Positions 8,769 to 17,689 of a stretch of DNA of 60,323 bases are shown here, one piece after another. How positions within the stretch are numbered: position 1 is the stretch's first letter; every line of letters starts with the position of its first letter. The notes under the pieces are model-generated. The model was not told the DNA's origin. It saw nothing but the letters and a program-made list of their open reading frames with translations, and did not search any database. The stretch lies in the NCBI GenBank assembly GCA_964564605.1, contig CAZMBL010000002.1, forward strand, positions 1 through 60,323. The letters run 5' to 3'. The translations under genes and the position numbers were made by a program. Origin of the DNA: an uncultured Oscillospiraceae bacterium (lineage in GTDB: Bacteria; Bacillota; Clostridia; Oscillospirales; Oscillospiraceae).

Positions 8769-10506
8769 GATCATCCGCGTGCGGCAGCAGCTGTATCGGG
8801 TGTATTTTCTGACGCTGCTGCCGCTGGTGCTGATCGGCCTGCTGCTGATCCACTCCACCCGTACCCAGCTGGAGGATTACTATATCCAGCTGCTGCGCAC
8901 GGATAACAGCCGGGTCAAGGCCCTGCTGTCGGAGATCACCATGAAGTCCTATGATGTCTCCAATAACATCTGCTTCGATGCCGATCTGCGAAAGCTGCTG
9001 CAGGCCAGCTATGACAAAAACGCGGATTTCATCTCGGCGGCCAACCAGTACACCGCATTGAACGATCTGACCTTCAACTCGCTGGAAATCGCCAGTGTCT
9101 ACATCTATACCAATAACCCCACGGTGCCGGTATACCAGCAGTTCCGTCAGGTCACCGATGATGTACGACAGAGCGACTGGTATCAGAAGACCCTGCGCAC
9201 GGCCAATGCCTTCTGGGCCTCTACCCCCAGCACCGGCGGCATTGAAAACTACGGCAATCTGTGTCTGGTGCGGCGTATCCATCTCGACTCCAATCACCAT
9301 GCCGTTGCCGTGGTGCAGCTCAGCGACAACTACATCCGCTCCCGCATGGACTCGGGCAGCATTCTCGATGTGGTCTCGCTGGACGATCAGGGCATTGTCT
9401 ACAGCTCCCGTGGCTCTCTGTACGGGCAGCAGCCCCTGACCCCCATCGACTACGCCGACGCCTACTACCGCAGCAGCGGCACGGTGGAGGCCGAGCAGAA
9501 GCAGTATTTTTACACGGTATCCACCATCAATCTGTACATGAGCACCTCCCGGCTGTATGTGGCCACGCTGGACAATGCCGGTCTGGCAGACATTCAGCGC
9601 GTCACATTGACATGGTGCCTGATTTTGCTGCTGGCGGTGCTGGTGCCGCTGGTGCTGCTGCTGCTCTACGCCAACCATTTTTCCGACCGTGTGGCACTGC
9701 TGCGCCAGCAGATGCACAAGGCCACCTTGCAGGATTACGACATCATTGACGATTTCAGCGGCAATGACGAGCTGACGGAGGTTTTCTCGGATCTGAAGCT
9801 GATGGTTCGGGATATCAAGGAAAAGGATGCCCGGATGTACGAGGCGGAGCTGAACGAAAAGGAGCTGCGCAACAACCAGCAGCTGATGGAATACAAAATG
9901 CTCACCAGCCAGATCAACCCCCATTACCTGTATAACACGCTGGAGACCATCCGCATGAAGGCCCTGACCTCCGGCAGTCGGGAGGTGGCCGACTCCATCA
10001 AAATTCTGGGAAGAACGCTGCACTATGTGCTGGAAAACACCGGAGTGGCCTATACCAGCCTGAAAAAGGAGCTGGAACATGTGGAAAACTACCTGTCCAT
10101 CCAGCGCCTGCGGTTTGGAGACCGGATCCGCTACCGGATGGAGATCTCTCCGCAGTTACAGCCGGAGCAATGCACCGTACTGCCGCTGCTATTGCAGCCG
10201 GTGGTGGAAAACGCGGTGGTACACGGGCTGGAACTTACCACGGAGCCAGGTATGATCACCATTTCCGCCCTGCTGCAGGAGGATGTTCTGCTGTTGCAGG
10301 TCAGCGACAACGGCATCGGCATGGACGAGCAGCAGCTGTACAGGCTGCGCCAATCTCTGGACGCGCCCGAGATGCCCGCCCGCAGCATTGCCCTTTACAA
10401 CATTCACCAGCGCATTATGCTGCGCTACGGCCGGCAGTATGGCCTGCAGGTAGACAGCACCGTGGGGCGTGGCACCTGTGTAAGCCTGCGTCTGCCCGCA
10501 GAATGA
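8755..10506 (+). CDS. YesM/LytS-family sensor histidine kinase
   Basis: Two TM segments, HAMP, SQINPHYLYNTLE H-box, LQPVVENAVVHG, DNGIG, GRGTCV. Confidence 0.9.
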   Translation: MKKRKIIRVRQQLYRVYFLTLLPLVLIGLLLIHSTRTQLEDYYIQLLRTDNSRVKALLSEITMKSYDVSNNICFDADLRKLLQASYDKNADFISAANQYTALNDLTFNSLEIASVYIYTNNPTVPVYQQFRQVTDDVRQSDWYQKTLRTANAFWASTPSTGGIENYGNLCLVRRIHLDSNHHAVAVVQLSDNYIRSRMDSGSILDVVSLDDQGIVYSSRGSLYGQQPLTPIDYADAYYRSSGTVEAEQKQYFYTVSTINLYMSTSRLYVATLDNAGLADIQRVTLTWCLILLLAVLVPLVLLLLYANHFSDRVALLRQQMHKATLQDYDIIDDFSGNDELTEVFSDLKLMVRDIKEKDARMYEAELNEKELRNNQQLMEYKMLTSQINPHYLYNTLETIRMKALTSGSREVADSIKILGRTLHYVLENTGVAYTSLKKELEHVENYLSIQRLRFGDRIRYRMEISPQLQPEQCTVLPLLLQPVVENAVVHGLELTTEPGMITISALLQEDVLLLQVSDNGIGMDEQQLYRLRQSLDAPEMPARSIALYNIHQRIMLRYGRQYGLQVDSTVGRGTCVSLRLPAE

Positions 10507-10644
10507 CGAAAAATCAACGGGTCAGATGTAATTTTTCGGGTATTTTATCTAGAAAAACCCCTGTTTCTTTCCGCAATACCTTTTGATATAGTATTCCCAT
10601 GGACGGCTTTCGGGCCGACATCAATAATTGGGAGGAAATATCGT

Positions 10645-12339
10645 ATGATGAAAAAGCTTTTGGCCATCGCACTGACTCTGATGCTGACATTCAGCTGCCT
10701 GGCCGGTATCTGCGCATACGCGGAGCCGACCGAAACTTCCTACACCGCCGGAATGGGTCTGGTGGCGGACGATTGGAGCGTGCAGACCGGTTTCGGCGCT
10801 GACTCCAGTGTCAAGACCACTGTGACCGGTGACGGCACCTACACCCTCAACTATGAAGGCGCATGCCCCAATCTGGGCATTCTGGTCGTGGACATCATCG
10901 GCGCGCAGGCTGCCATGGATGCCGACAGCAAGACCTGGCAGGTTTCCGACATTGCCCTGACCATCGACGGCAACGCCGTTGAAGTGGACGGCAGCAAGGT
11001 TCTCTCCGGCGATCTGGAGGGTAACGGCAACTTCCGTATTGAGCTGAACAACATGTACGGCGGCACCAAGGACGCTCCCGCCCTCAACGCTGCCACCGCC
11101 GTGACCACCAGCCTGTCCGTGAGCTTCACCCTGACCACCATCGACAAGCCCGCTGCCGATGCACCCGCCGCAGGTCTGCCCGAAGAATTTGACGTGTTCG
11201 TGGCTTTCGGCGGTGACAAGGCTGCCGAAAACGACTGGGGTCTGAATTATGCCGGTGCCGATGCCGAGGGCATTACCGCTGTCGGCGGCAAGCTGAAGGT
11301 TGGCGAGACCATTACCGTCTCCCTCTCCTTCGAGACCCCCGCTGTCAACGCCTGGTACTTTGCCCCCTGCCTGATCGCGGACGGCGTTTCCGCCATCAAG
11401 ACACTGGATTTCACCATCACCTGCAAGATCAACGGTGAGGAAGTCGCCATCAACATGGACGCCGATGCCGAGGGCAAGACCTGGTGGATGGAAAACACCG
11501 GTGCTTACGAGGGCAACTGCATCCGTCTGGCCGGCGGCTTCAATGAATGGGGCACCAAGTACATCGAAGAGCCCACCAACATCTCTTCCATCGAGTACAC
11601 CATCACCCTGAACGCCATCTCCGGCGAGGGCGGCAGCGATGAGCCCGTGGAGGAGCCCACCCTCGAGTTCGATCCCGCCGCTACCTACAATGCCTACCTG
11701 CTACTGCAGACCCCCAACTGGACCTACCGTGATCCCTGGAACTCCAGCAACGGTATCGGCAGTGACTACTGGGGTGAGGCCATTTACGGCAACGAGACCA
11801 AGGAGTGGTACGGCAAGGTTACTGATGCCGTGCTGGCCGGTAACGGCACCTACACCATCGAGATCACCGATTTCGGCACCATCTTTGCCGATGACTTCGC
11901 CGCGGCCGGTCAGGATTACTTCAACATCCTCGGCTTCACCTGTGACGCTCCCGTGGGCGGCCTGACTTTCACCAATGTCAAGCTGATCGTGGACGGCAGC
12001 ACCAGACACACTGTGTCCGAAGGCTACCAGAACCCCGATGACACCAAGTACGCCAACATCCTCATCCAGAACATCTGGAACGATGACGTCAAGGAAATCA
12101 GCTACTATCCCGCTCCTTCCACCTCTCTGAAGATCGAGTTCACCGTGTCCGGCTTCTCCTATGACAAGGCTGCGGAAGAGCCCGAGCCCACCACTCCCGC
12201 TCCCACTACGCCCGCTCCCTCCAACCCCGGTGATACCGAGCCCGCTTCTTTCCCCTGGGGCATCGTGATCGCCGTTGTGGCCGCTGTGGTCGTGGTCGCC
12301 GTGGTCATCGTAGTCGTCAAGAAGAACAAGAAGCAGTAA
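10645..12339 (+). CDS. Membrane-anchored surface protein with about three non-catalytic beta-sandwich (CBM-like) modules
   Basis: Signal peptide; recurring G-D/N-GTYT motif; Trp/Tyr-rich acidic domains; PTTPAP linker; C-terminal TM helix + KKNKKQ; no recognisable GH catalytic motif. Confidence 0.65.
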   Translation: MMKKLLAIALTLMLTFSCLAGICAYAEPTETSYTAGMGLVADDWSVQTGFGADSSVKTTVTGDGTYTLNYEGACPNLGILVVDIIGAQAAMDADSKTWQVSDIALTIDGNAVEVDGSKVLSGDLEGNGNFRIELNNMYGGTKDAPALNAATAVTTSLSVSFTLTTIDKPAADAPAAGLPEEFDVFVAFGGDKAAENDWGLNYAGADAEGITAVGGKLKVGETITVSLSFETPAVNAWYFAPCLIADGVSAIKTLDFTITCKINGEEVAINMDADAEGKTWWMENTGAYEGNCIRLAGGFNEWGTKYIEEPTNISSIEYTITLNAISGEGGSDEPVEEPTLEFDPAATYNAYLLLQTPNWTYRDPWNSSNGIGSDYWGEAIYGNETKEWYGKVTDAVLAGNGTYTIEITDFGTIFADDFAAAGQDYFNILGFTCDAPVGGLTFTNVKLIVDGSTRHTVSEGYQNPDDTKYANILIQNIWNDDVKEISYYPAPSTSLKIEFTVSGFSYDKAAEEPEPTTPAPTTPAPSNPGDTEPASFPWGIVIAVVAAVVVVAVVIVVVKKNKKQ

Positions 12340-12382
12340 TGCTCCGTTTTTCGGGACGAGGCAACCTGTAATGCATCCAAGC

Positions 12383-12426
12383 ACCGGCCTGATTTTCGGC
12401 ACTCCCGGAAATCAGGCCGGTTTTCT
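12383..12426 (+). terminator. Intrinsic terminator
   Basis: ACCGGCCTGATTT...AAATCAGGCCGGT followed by TTTCT. Confidence 0.75.
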
Positions 12427-12427
12427 G

Positions 12428-12456
12428 TTGCGTTTTCCCCCGTTTCGGGGTATAAT
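12428..12456 (+). promoter_or_regulatory. Sigma-A promoter
   Basis: TTGCGT, 17 bp, TATAAT. Confidence 0.65.
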
Positions 12457-12475
12457 ACAGGCAGGAGGGATGCAG

Positions 12476-12835
12476 ATGGATTGCAAAAACTGTGCCGGGG
12501 GCGGCTGCGGCCACTGCGGGGCCGCGCTGGAGCTGACCCGGGAGGAAATTGGCCTTTTGCGGGAGCTGGCGGTGTACGCCTTTTTGCCGGTGGCCCGGCG
12601 CGCCGATGACATGACCCCCTTCTACCCCGAGGGTACACAGCTGCCGCAGGAACTTTACAGCGCCGTTATGGAGCATTTGCAGCGCAAGGGGCTGATTGAT
12701 CTGGACTACGGTGCCCCCATCGGCAGCTACGAAGGGGCCGGTTATGCCGGTCTGCCGGTACACGGCTCCGTGGCTCTGACCGCCCGGGGCCAGCAGGTGC
12801 TGGAGGCGCTGGAAATTCAGGGTCTGCAGGACTGA
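12476..12835 (+). CDS. Hypothetical protein with N-terminal Cys cluster (CKNCAGGGCGHC)
   Basis: Own promoter, GGAGG RBS, ORF in frame with track ORF 12371..12835. Confidence 0.65.
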   Translation: MDCKNCAGGGCGHCGAALELTREEIGLLRELAVYAFLPVARRADDMTPFYPEGTQLPQELYSAVMEHLQRKGLIDLDYGAPIGSYEGAGYAGLPVHGSVALTARGQQVLEALEIQGLQD

Positions 12836-12845
12836 AAATTTTCTG

Positions 12846-12874
12846 TTGACAAATCCCGAAGCCTTTGCTATAAT
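12846..12874 (+). promoter_or_regulatory. Sigma-A promoter for the met ABC operon
   Basis: TTGACA, 17 bp, TATAAT. Confidence 0.88.
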
Positions 12875-12889
12875 TGCACTGTTCTTGAA

Positions 12890-13158
12890 CAGCAAAGGCT
12901 GTGAAGGGAAGAGTAGGCTCGCCGATGCCATGCAGAGAGCCCCGGTCTGGTGTGAAGGGGTATGGACAGGTTTGCCGAACATGGTCCCGGAGCCGTGTAG
13001 GCGATATGTAGTCTGCAACGGGTGCGCCCGTTAAAGCGCAGGCGTATGCTGGTACGCCCGGAGGCCCATTTCGTGAGGAATGGGTGAATCAAGGTGGTAA
13101 CACGGTTTATTTTTAAGCCGTCCTTGTGCGATCATTGCATGGGGACGGCGTTTTTTGT
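12890..13158 (+). ncRNA. T-box riboswitch, Met specifier
   Basis: Stem I AGAGA...GGTGTGAA, specifier loop GAAC-ATG-GTC (ATG 12981), T-box AAGGTGGTAACACG (~13091), terminator GCCGTCCTTGTGC...GCATGGGGACGGC-TTTTTT; upstream of metNIQ. Confidence 0.88.
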
Positions 13159-13178
13159 TGTCCCGGAAAGGAGTTATC

Positions 13179-14186
13179 TTGAACAGTATTATCGAGATCA
13201 AAGGTCTGTCCAAAACCTTCGGCAGCGGCGATACACAGGTTGCAGCCCTGCGGGATGTCAGTCTGGCCGTGCAGGAGGGGGAGATTTTCGGCATCATCGG
13301 CCTGTCCGGTGCCGGAAAAAGCACGCTGGTGCGCTGCATCAACCTGCTGGAGCGGCCGGAGGAGGGGGAAATTCTCTTCCACGGGCAAGATCTTACCGGG
13401 CTCAACGACCGGCAGCTGCGGGCCCAGCGGCGCAAAATTTCCATGATTTTCCAGAGCTTCAACCTGCTTGAGCAGCGCACGGCGCTGGAAAACATCTGCT
13501 TCCCGCAGGAGCTGGCGGGTGTATCCCGCCGGGAGGCTCGCAGACGTGCGGTGGAGCTTCTGGAGACGGTCGGCCTGCCGGATAAGGCGGCGGCCTATCC
13601 GGTGCAGTTGTCCGGCGGACAGAAGCAGCGCATCGCCATCGCCCGGGCGCTGGCCTCCGACCCGGAGGTGCTGCTGTGTGACGAGGCGACCTCCGCGCTG
13701 GATCCAAAAACCACCCGCTCCATTCTTGCCCTGCTGCAGCAGATCAGCCGGGAACGGGGCATCACGGTGATCATCATCACCCATGACATGTCCGTCATTG
13801 AGCAGATCTGCAACCGGGTGGCCATTCTCGATGCCGGCAGTGTGGCAGAGATCGGCCCGGTGGAGAGTGTGTTCCACAATCCCCGCTCCAAGGCCGGGCG
13901 GCGGCTGGTCAGCCCCAACCGGGGCCTGCCGGAGTCGGACTGGGATCGTCCCATCGCCCGGGTGGCCTTCAACGGCACCATGACGGAGGAGCCGGTCATC
14001 GCCACGCTGGCCATCGAAAAGCAGATCGCCGTCAGCATTCTGGGTGCGGACACCCGCAATGTGGATGGAAAAACCTTCGGCACCCTGCTGATCAGCCTGC
14101 CGGAGGATGTTCAGCAGCGGCGAACGGTGCTGGATTACCTCAACGCCCATCAGGGTGTCAGTGCTGAGGAGGTGCAACCATGCTAG
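13179..14186 (+). CDS. metN: Methionine ABC transporter ATP-binding protein
   Basis: GIIGLSGAGKSTL, LSGGQKQR, LLCDEATSALDP, C-terminal NIL-like domain; TTG start after AAGGAG. Confidence 0.92.
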   Translation: MNSIIEIKGLSKTFGSGDTQVAALRDVSLAVQEGEIFGIIGLSGAGKSTLVRCINLLERPEEGEILFHGQDLTGLNDRQLRAQRRKISMIFQSFNLLEQRTALENICFPQELAGVSRREARRRAVELLETVGLPDKAAAYPVQLSGGQKQRIAIARALASDPEVLLCDEATSALDPKTTRSILALLQQISRERGITVIIITHDMSVIEQICNRVAILDAGSVAEIGPVESVFHNPRSKAGRRLVSPNRGLPESDWDRPIARVAFNGTMTEEPVIATLAIEKQIAVSILGADTRNVDGKTFGTLLISLPEDVQQRRTVLDYLNAHQGVSAEEVQPC

Positions 14187-14890
14187 ACCTGTTTTCCGAT
14201 CCGGAAAAGGTAGCCCGCCAATTGCAGATTCTGCAAAGCGAATACCTCTTCGCCGTGTGGGAGACGCTGTATTCGCTGGGGCTGCAGGTGCTGTTTTCCT
14301 ACCTGATCGGCCTGCCGCTGGGCGTGCTGCTGGTCACGGGTGAAAAGGGCGGCATCCGTCCCCTGCCCGCATGGCTGATGCGGGTGATCAATGTAATCAT
14401 CAATCTGCTGCGCAGTGTCCCCTTCCTGATTCTGATGATCATCGTATTCCCCCTGTCCAAGCTGATCGTGGGCACCAAAATCGGCACCATCGCCACCATT
14501 CCGCCCATGGTCATTGCCGCTTTTCCGCTGGTGGCCCGCATGGTGGAGAGTAGCCTGCGGGAGGTTGACCGGGGCGTGATCGAGGCTTCCCAGTCCATGG
14601 GTGCCTCCACATGGCAGATCATCACCAAGGTGCTGCTGCCGGAGTCTCTGCCCAGCCTCATTTCCGGCGGCACCATCACCCTGACCACCATTCTGGGCTA
14701 CGGCGCCATGGCCGGTATCATCGGTGGCGGCGGTCTGGGCAAGCTGGCCGTGGACTACGGCTACTACAATTTCCAGGCGATCGTCATGTGGGCATCCGTC
14801 ATTGGCCTTGTGGTGCTGGTGCAGATCTTCCAGAGCCTCGGAACCAAGCTATCCACAGCCTGCGACAAGCGGCTGCGTAATAGATCCTGA
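14180..14890 (+). CDS. metI: Methionine ABC transporter permease
   Basis: RSVPFLIL, EAA-loop VIEASQSMGAS, GGGGLG. Confidence 0.92.
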   Translation: MLDLFSDPEKVARQLQILQSEYLFAVWETLYSLGLQVLFSYLIGLPLGVLLVTGEKGGIRPLPAWLMRVINVIINLLRSVPFLILMIIVFPLSKLIVGTKIGTIATIPPMVIAAFPLVARMVESSLREVDRGVIEASQSMGASTWQIITKVLLPESLPSLISGGTITLTTILGYGAMAGIIGGGGLGKLAVDYGYYNFQAIVMWASVIGLVVLVQIFQSLGTKLSTACDKRLRNRS

Positions 14891-14917
14891 CCTGATATCA
14901 AAAAGGAGAAATGTATT

Positions 14918-15727
14918 ATGAAAAAGATCACATCCGTTGTGCTGGCCCTGGTGCTGGCTCTGAGCCTGTTTGCCGGCTGCGTGAACAAAGTTGACGAAAA
15001 GACCATCGTTGTAGCCGCCTCCCCAACGCCCCATGCCGAAATCCTGGCCGTTGCCGCCAAGGAACTGGCCAAGGTGGGCTACACCCTGGAAATCCGCAAA
15101 TTCAATGACTATGTGGTGCCCAACACCGCCACGGAAGACGGCGAAGTGGATGCCAACTATTTCCAGCATCAGCCCTATCTAACCACCTTCAATGCCGAGC
15201 AGCACACCCATCTGGTGGCCGTTGCCTCCATCCACTATGAGCCCTTCGGCATCTATGCCGGCACCAAGGCCTCCACTGCGGATCTGGCCAGCGGCGACAA
15301 GATCGCCATCCCCAACGACGGCTCCAACCGGGCCCGGGCGCTGCTGCTGCTACAGGCGCAGGGTCTGATCCGGCTCAAGGAGGGCGTTGGTGTCGAGGCC
15401 ACCGTGCTGGACATCGTGGAAAATCCCCATGATCTGGAGATCGTGGAAATGGAAGCCGCGCAGATCGCCAATGTCCGTGACAGCGTGGCGCTGGCCGTGA
15501 TCAACGGCAACTACGCACTGTCCGCCGGGCTGAACGTGTCCAAGGACGCGCTGGCCACCGAGGACTCCTCCTCCGAAGTCGCCTTGCAGTATGCCAACAT
15601 TCTTGTGGTGAAGGAAGGCAACGAAAAGAGCGAGAAAATTCAGGCGCTGGTCAACGCGCTCAAGAGCGAAGCGGTCAAAGCCTACATCGAAAGCACCTAC
15701 AACGGCGCTGTCGTCCCCCTGTTCTGA
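14918..15727 (+). CDS. metQ: Methionine ABC transporter substrate-binding lipoprotein (MetQ/NlpA)
   Basis: Lipobox FAGC, PHAEIL, DANYFQHQPYL, IAIPNDGSNRARAL. Confidence 0.92.
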   Translation: MKKITSVVLALVLALSLFAGCVNKVDEKTIVVAASPTPHAEILAVAAKELAKVGYTLEIRKFNDYVVPNTATEDGEVDANYFQHQPYLTTFNAEQHTHLVAVASIHYEPFGIYAGTKASTADLASGDKIAIPNDGSNRARALLLLQAQGLIRLKEGVGVEATVLDIVENPHDLEIVEMEAAQIANVRDSVALAVINGNYALSAGLNVSKDALATEDSSSEVALQYANILVVKEGNEKSEKIQALVNALKSEAVKAYIESTYNGAVVPLF

Positions 15728-15739
15728 GCCCATATGATC

Positions 15740-15807
15740 CCGGCCGCTGCGAAATTCCGCAGCGGCCGGTCTTTATAAAAAAAAGAGCCCGCCGATTGGC
15801 AGGCTCA
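15740..15807. terminator. Pair of terminators between convergent genes
   Basis: CCGGCCGCTGCG-AAATTC-CGCAGCGGCCGG-TCTTT (+) and AAAAAAA-GAGCCCGCC-GATT-GGCAGGCTC (-). Confidence 0.7.
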
Positions 15808-15822
15808 ACATGCAGCAGAGGA

Positions 15823-16053
15823 TCAGTGGTTCTCCCGCCACGCACTGACCTTTGTTTTGGCCAGACGCAGGATGTCCTCAGAGGGATAGGGAGAGGCTTC
15901 ACCGCCGCAAACATACAGAAAATACAGGCCGGAGGGAGTCTGGTAGAGCGTCTCCTCGTAGCCGGCGGGGTCGCCGTAGTAACCGAAGGTGTGCTTTTCG
16001 ATCAGTGTGGCAGTCCCGGTATCGTATTCTTTCTTGCAGATGGTCTTTTTCAT
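15823..16053 (-). CDS. Small hypothetical protein (76 aa)
   Basis: AGGAGG RBS, plausible composition (YDTGTA...YEETLYQT..G.YFLY..GG), downstream terminator. Confidence 0.7.
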   Translation of the reverse strand: MKKTICKKEYDTGTATLIEKHTFGYYGDPAGYEETLYQTPSGLYFLYVCGGEASPYPSEDILRLAKTKVSAWRENH

Positions 16054-16326
16054 CGCCGCGACCTCCTTTCAAAATCTGGAATACGGTTGGAATTATACAA
16101 TATTTCCGGCAGGAAATCAAGGGTTAAACGGCAATTTCCCCGTTTCCATGTAAAATTTGTTCGACAGCTTCAGTTTTCCCCGCCGCATTCCATTCATTTT
16201 CCGTCGAATTATACAAAGTTCCCTTTTCAAAAAATGAACATCTCCTCCACTCAGGCGGTGAATTGCGGTTGCCGGCTTGAATTTTCCGTGCCTGTATGGT
16301 ATAATCCACCCAAAAGGGGTGATGAA

Positions 16327-16965
16327 ATGCGGGATATCCCCTGCTTTACCACCGGGCATGGTGTGGCGGCCCTTTCTCTGCGGGAAATTCCCGGTCGGGG
16401 GGAGGCCTACATTCATCTGCTGCAAAGCCAACAGCCGCTGGCCCTGCTGGAAGAGTGTGTCAGCTTCTGCCGGGCCTGCGGCGCGCAGCGCATCTTTGCC
16501 GCGGAGCATGACTCTCTCCTGGGCCGGCCAAGCTACAGCACGGTGCTGCGGCTGCGGGGCACCATCGCCCTGGGGGAGACGGCCTGCCTTTGGCCGGTCA
16601 CGGCGGAGAATGTGGGGCGCTGGCGGCAGCTGTACAATGAGAAAATGGCCCCGGTGGATCACGCCACCACCCTGACGGCGGCGGACGAGACCCGAATTCT
16701 TTCCGACGGGGGTGCGTACTTTGTCCACCGGCAGGATACGTTTCTGGGCATCGGCTGGATATCCGGCGGGACGCTGCTGGCGCTGGCCGCCCTGCAGCCC
16801 GGTGCCGGCGCGGTGGTGCTGCGCACCCTTGCCGACCTGTTCCCCGGGCAGGCGCTGGAGCTGGAAGTGGCTTCCACCAACCGGCGGGCGCTGCGGCTTT
16901 ATGAACAGATGGGGCTGATCCCCATCCGGGAAGTGAAAAAATGGTACTGTGTATACGGAGGGTGA
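16327..16965 (+). CDS. GNAT-family N-acetyltransferase-like protein
   Basis: C-terminal LEVASTNRRALRLYEQMG GNAT motif; TG-TATAAT and GGGGTG RBS upstream of ATG 16327. Confidence 0.7.
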   Translation: MRDIPCFTTGHGVAALSLREIPGRGEAYIHLLQSQQPLALLEECVSFCRACGAQRIFAAEHDSLLGRPSYSTVLRLRGTIALGETACLWPVTAENVGRWRQLYNEKMAPVDHATTLTAADETRILSDGGAYFVHRQDTFLGIGWISGGTLLALAALQPGAGAVVLRTLADLFPGQALELEVASTNRRALRLYEQMGLIPIREVKKWYCVYGG

Positions 16966-16971
16966 TCTTTT

Positions 16972-17265
16972 ATGTGGTGGAAATGGGCCTTGGTGCTGGC
17001 TGCGTCCGTTGGGATGCTCCAGCTGGGAGTTTGCTTCAGCGGCGCCCGGCGGGCGTTTAAGCTGGTGCCCGGGGCGCTGATGGCGCTGGGCAGCATCGGC
17101 TGCGGCATATGGTATCTGATCACCGATCAGCCGGGTGCCAAACTGGTGGCCGGTATCGCGGCGCTGGTGCTGCTGGCTCTTGTGGGGATCTGCGCCCTGG
17201 GCTTTCTGGCGCACCGGATCCTGCTGGCGCTGTTCGGAAAGTTTTTCGACTCTGACAAGGAATAA
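16972..17265 (+). CDS. Small membrane protein (about 3 TM)
   Basis: Hydrophobic 97-aa ORF 6 bp after the GNAT gene, GGAGG RBS. Confidence 0.55.
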   Translation: MWWKWALVLAASVGMLQLGVCFSGARRAFKLVPGALMALGSIGCGIWYLITDQPGAKLVAGIAALVLLALVGICALGFLAHRILLALFGKFFDSDKE

Positions 17266-17268
17266 TAC

Positions 17269-17297
17269 TTGACAACGGAGCCGACTTGGTGTATACT
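17269..17297 (+). promoter_or_regulatory. Sigma-A promoter of ylxM-ffh
   Basis: TTGACA, 17 bp, TATACT. Confidence 0.8.
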
Positions 17298-17341
17298 ACC
17301 ACAGGTGTCAAGGAAAATGCCTTGCCACCCGGGAGGTCAAG

Positions 17342-17686
17342 ATGGAGCCGCTGGAACGGATACTGCTGTTTGATTACTATGGCGACCTGCTGACCGAGCG
17401 GCAGAGACTGTGCTTCGACATGCACTACAATCAGGATCTGTCTCTGGCCGAAATCGCAGCGGAGCTGCACATCAGCCGTCAGGCAGTGCATGATAACCTC
17501 AGCCGCACGGAAGCGCTGCTGCGGCATATGGAAGAAAAAACCGGCTGTGTCAGCCGGGATATGCAGCTGCGCCGGGCCATGGGCGACATCGCCTCGCTCT
17601 GTGCGCAGCTGGCAGACTACCCGGACAGCCGGGTCGCGCAGATTGCAGGCCGGATCCGTGCCTGCGCTGCCAGCTTTGAGGAGTAA
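17342..17686 (+). CDS. ylxM: YlxM-family DNA-binding / SRP-associated protein
   Basis: LLFDYYGDLLTERQ...DLSLAEIA...SRQAVHD; immediately upstream of ffh. Confidence 0.92.
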   Translation: MEPLERILLFDYYGDLLTERQRLCFDMHYNQDLSLAEIAAELHISRQAVHDNLSRTEALLRHMEEKTGCVSRDMQLRRAMGDIASLCAQLADYPDSRVAQIAGRIRACAASFEE

Positions 17687-17689
17687 GCA

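Noticed and set aside
15796-16326. N-terminal extension of the 389-aa ORF 15796..16965
   Set aside because: Overlaps an opposite-strand gene and an AT-rich divergent promoter region; real start is probably ATG 16327
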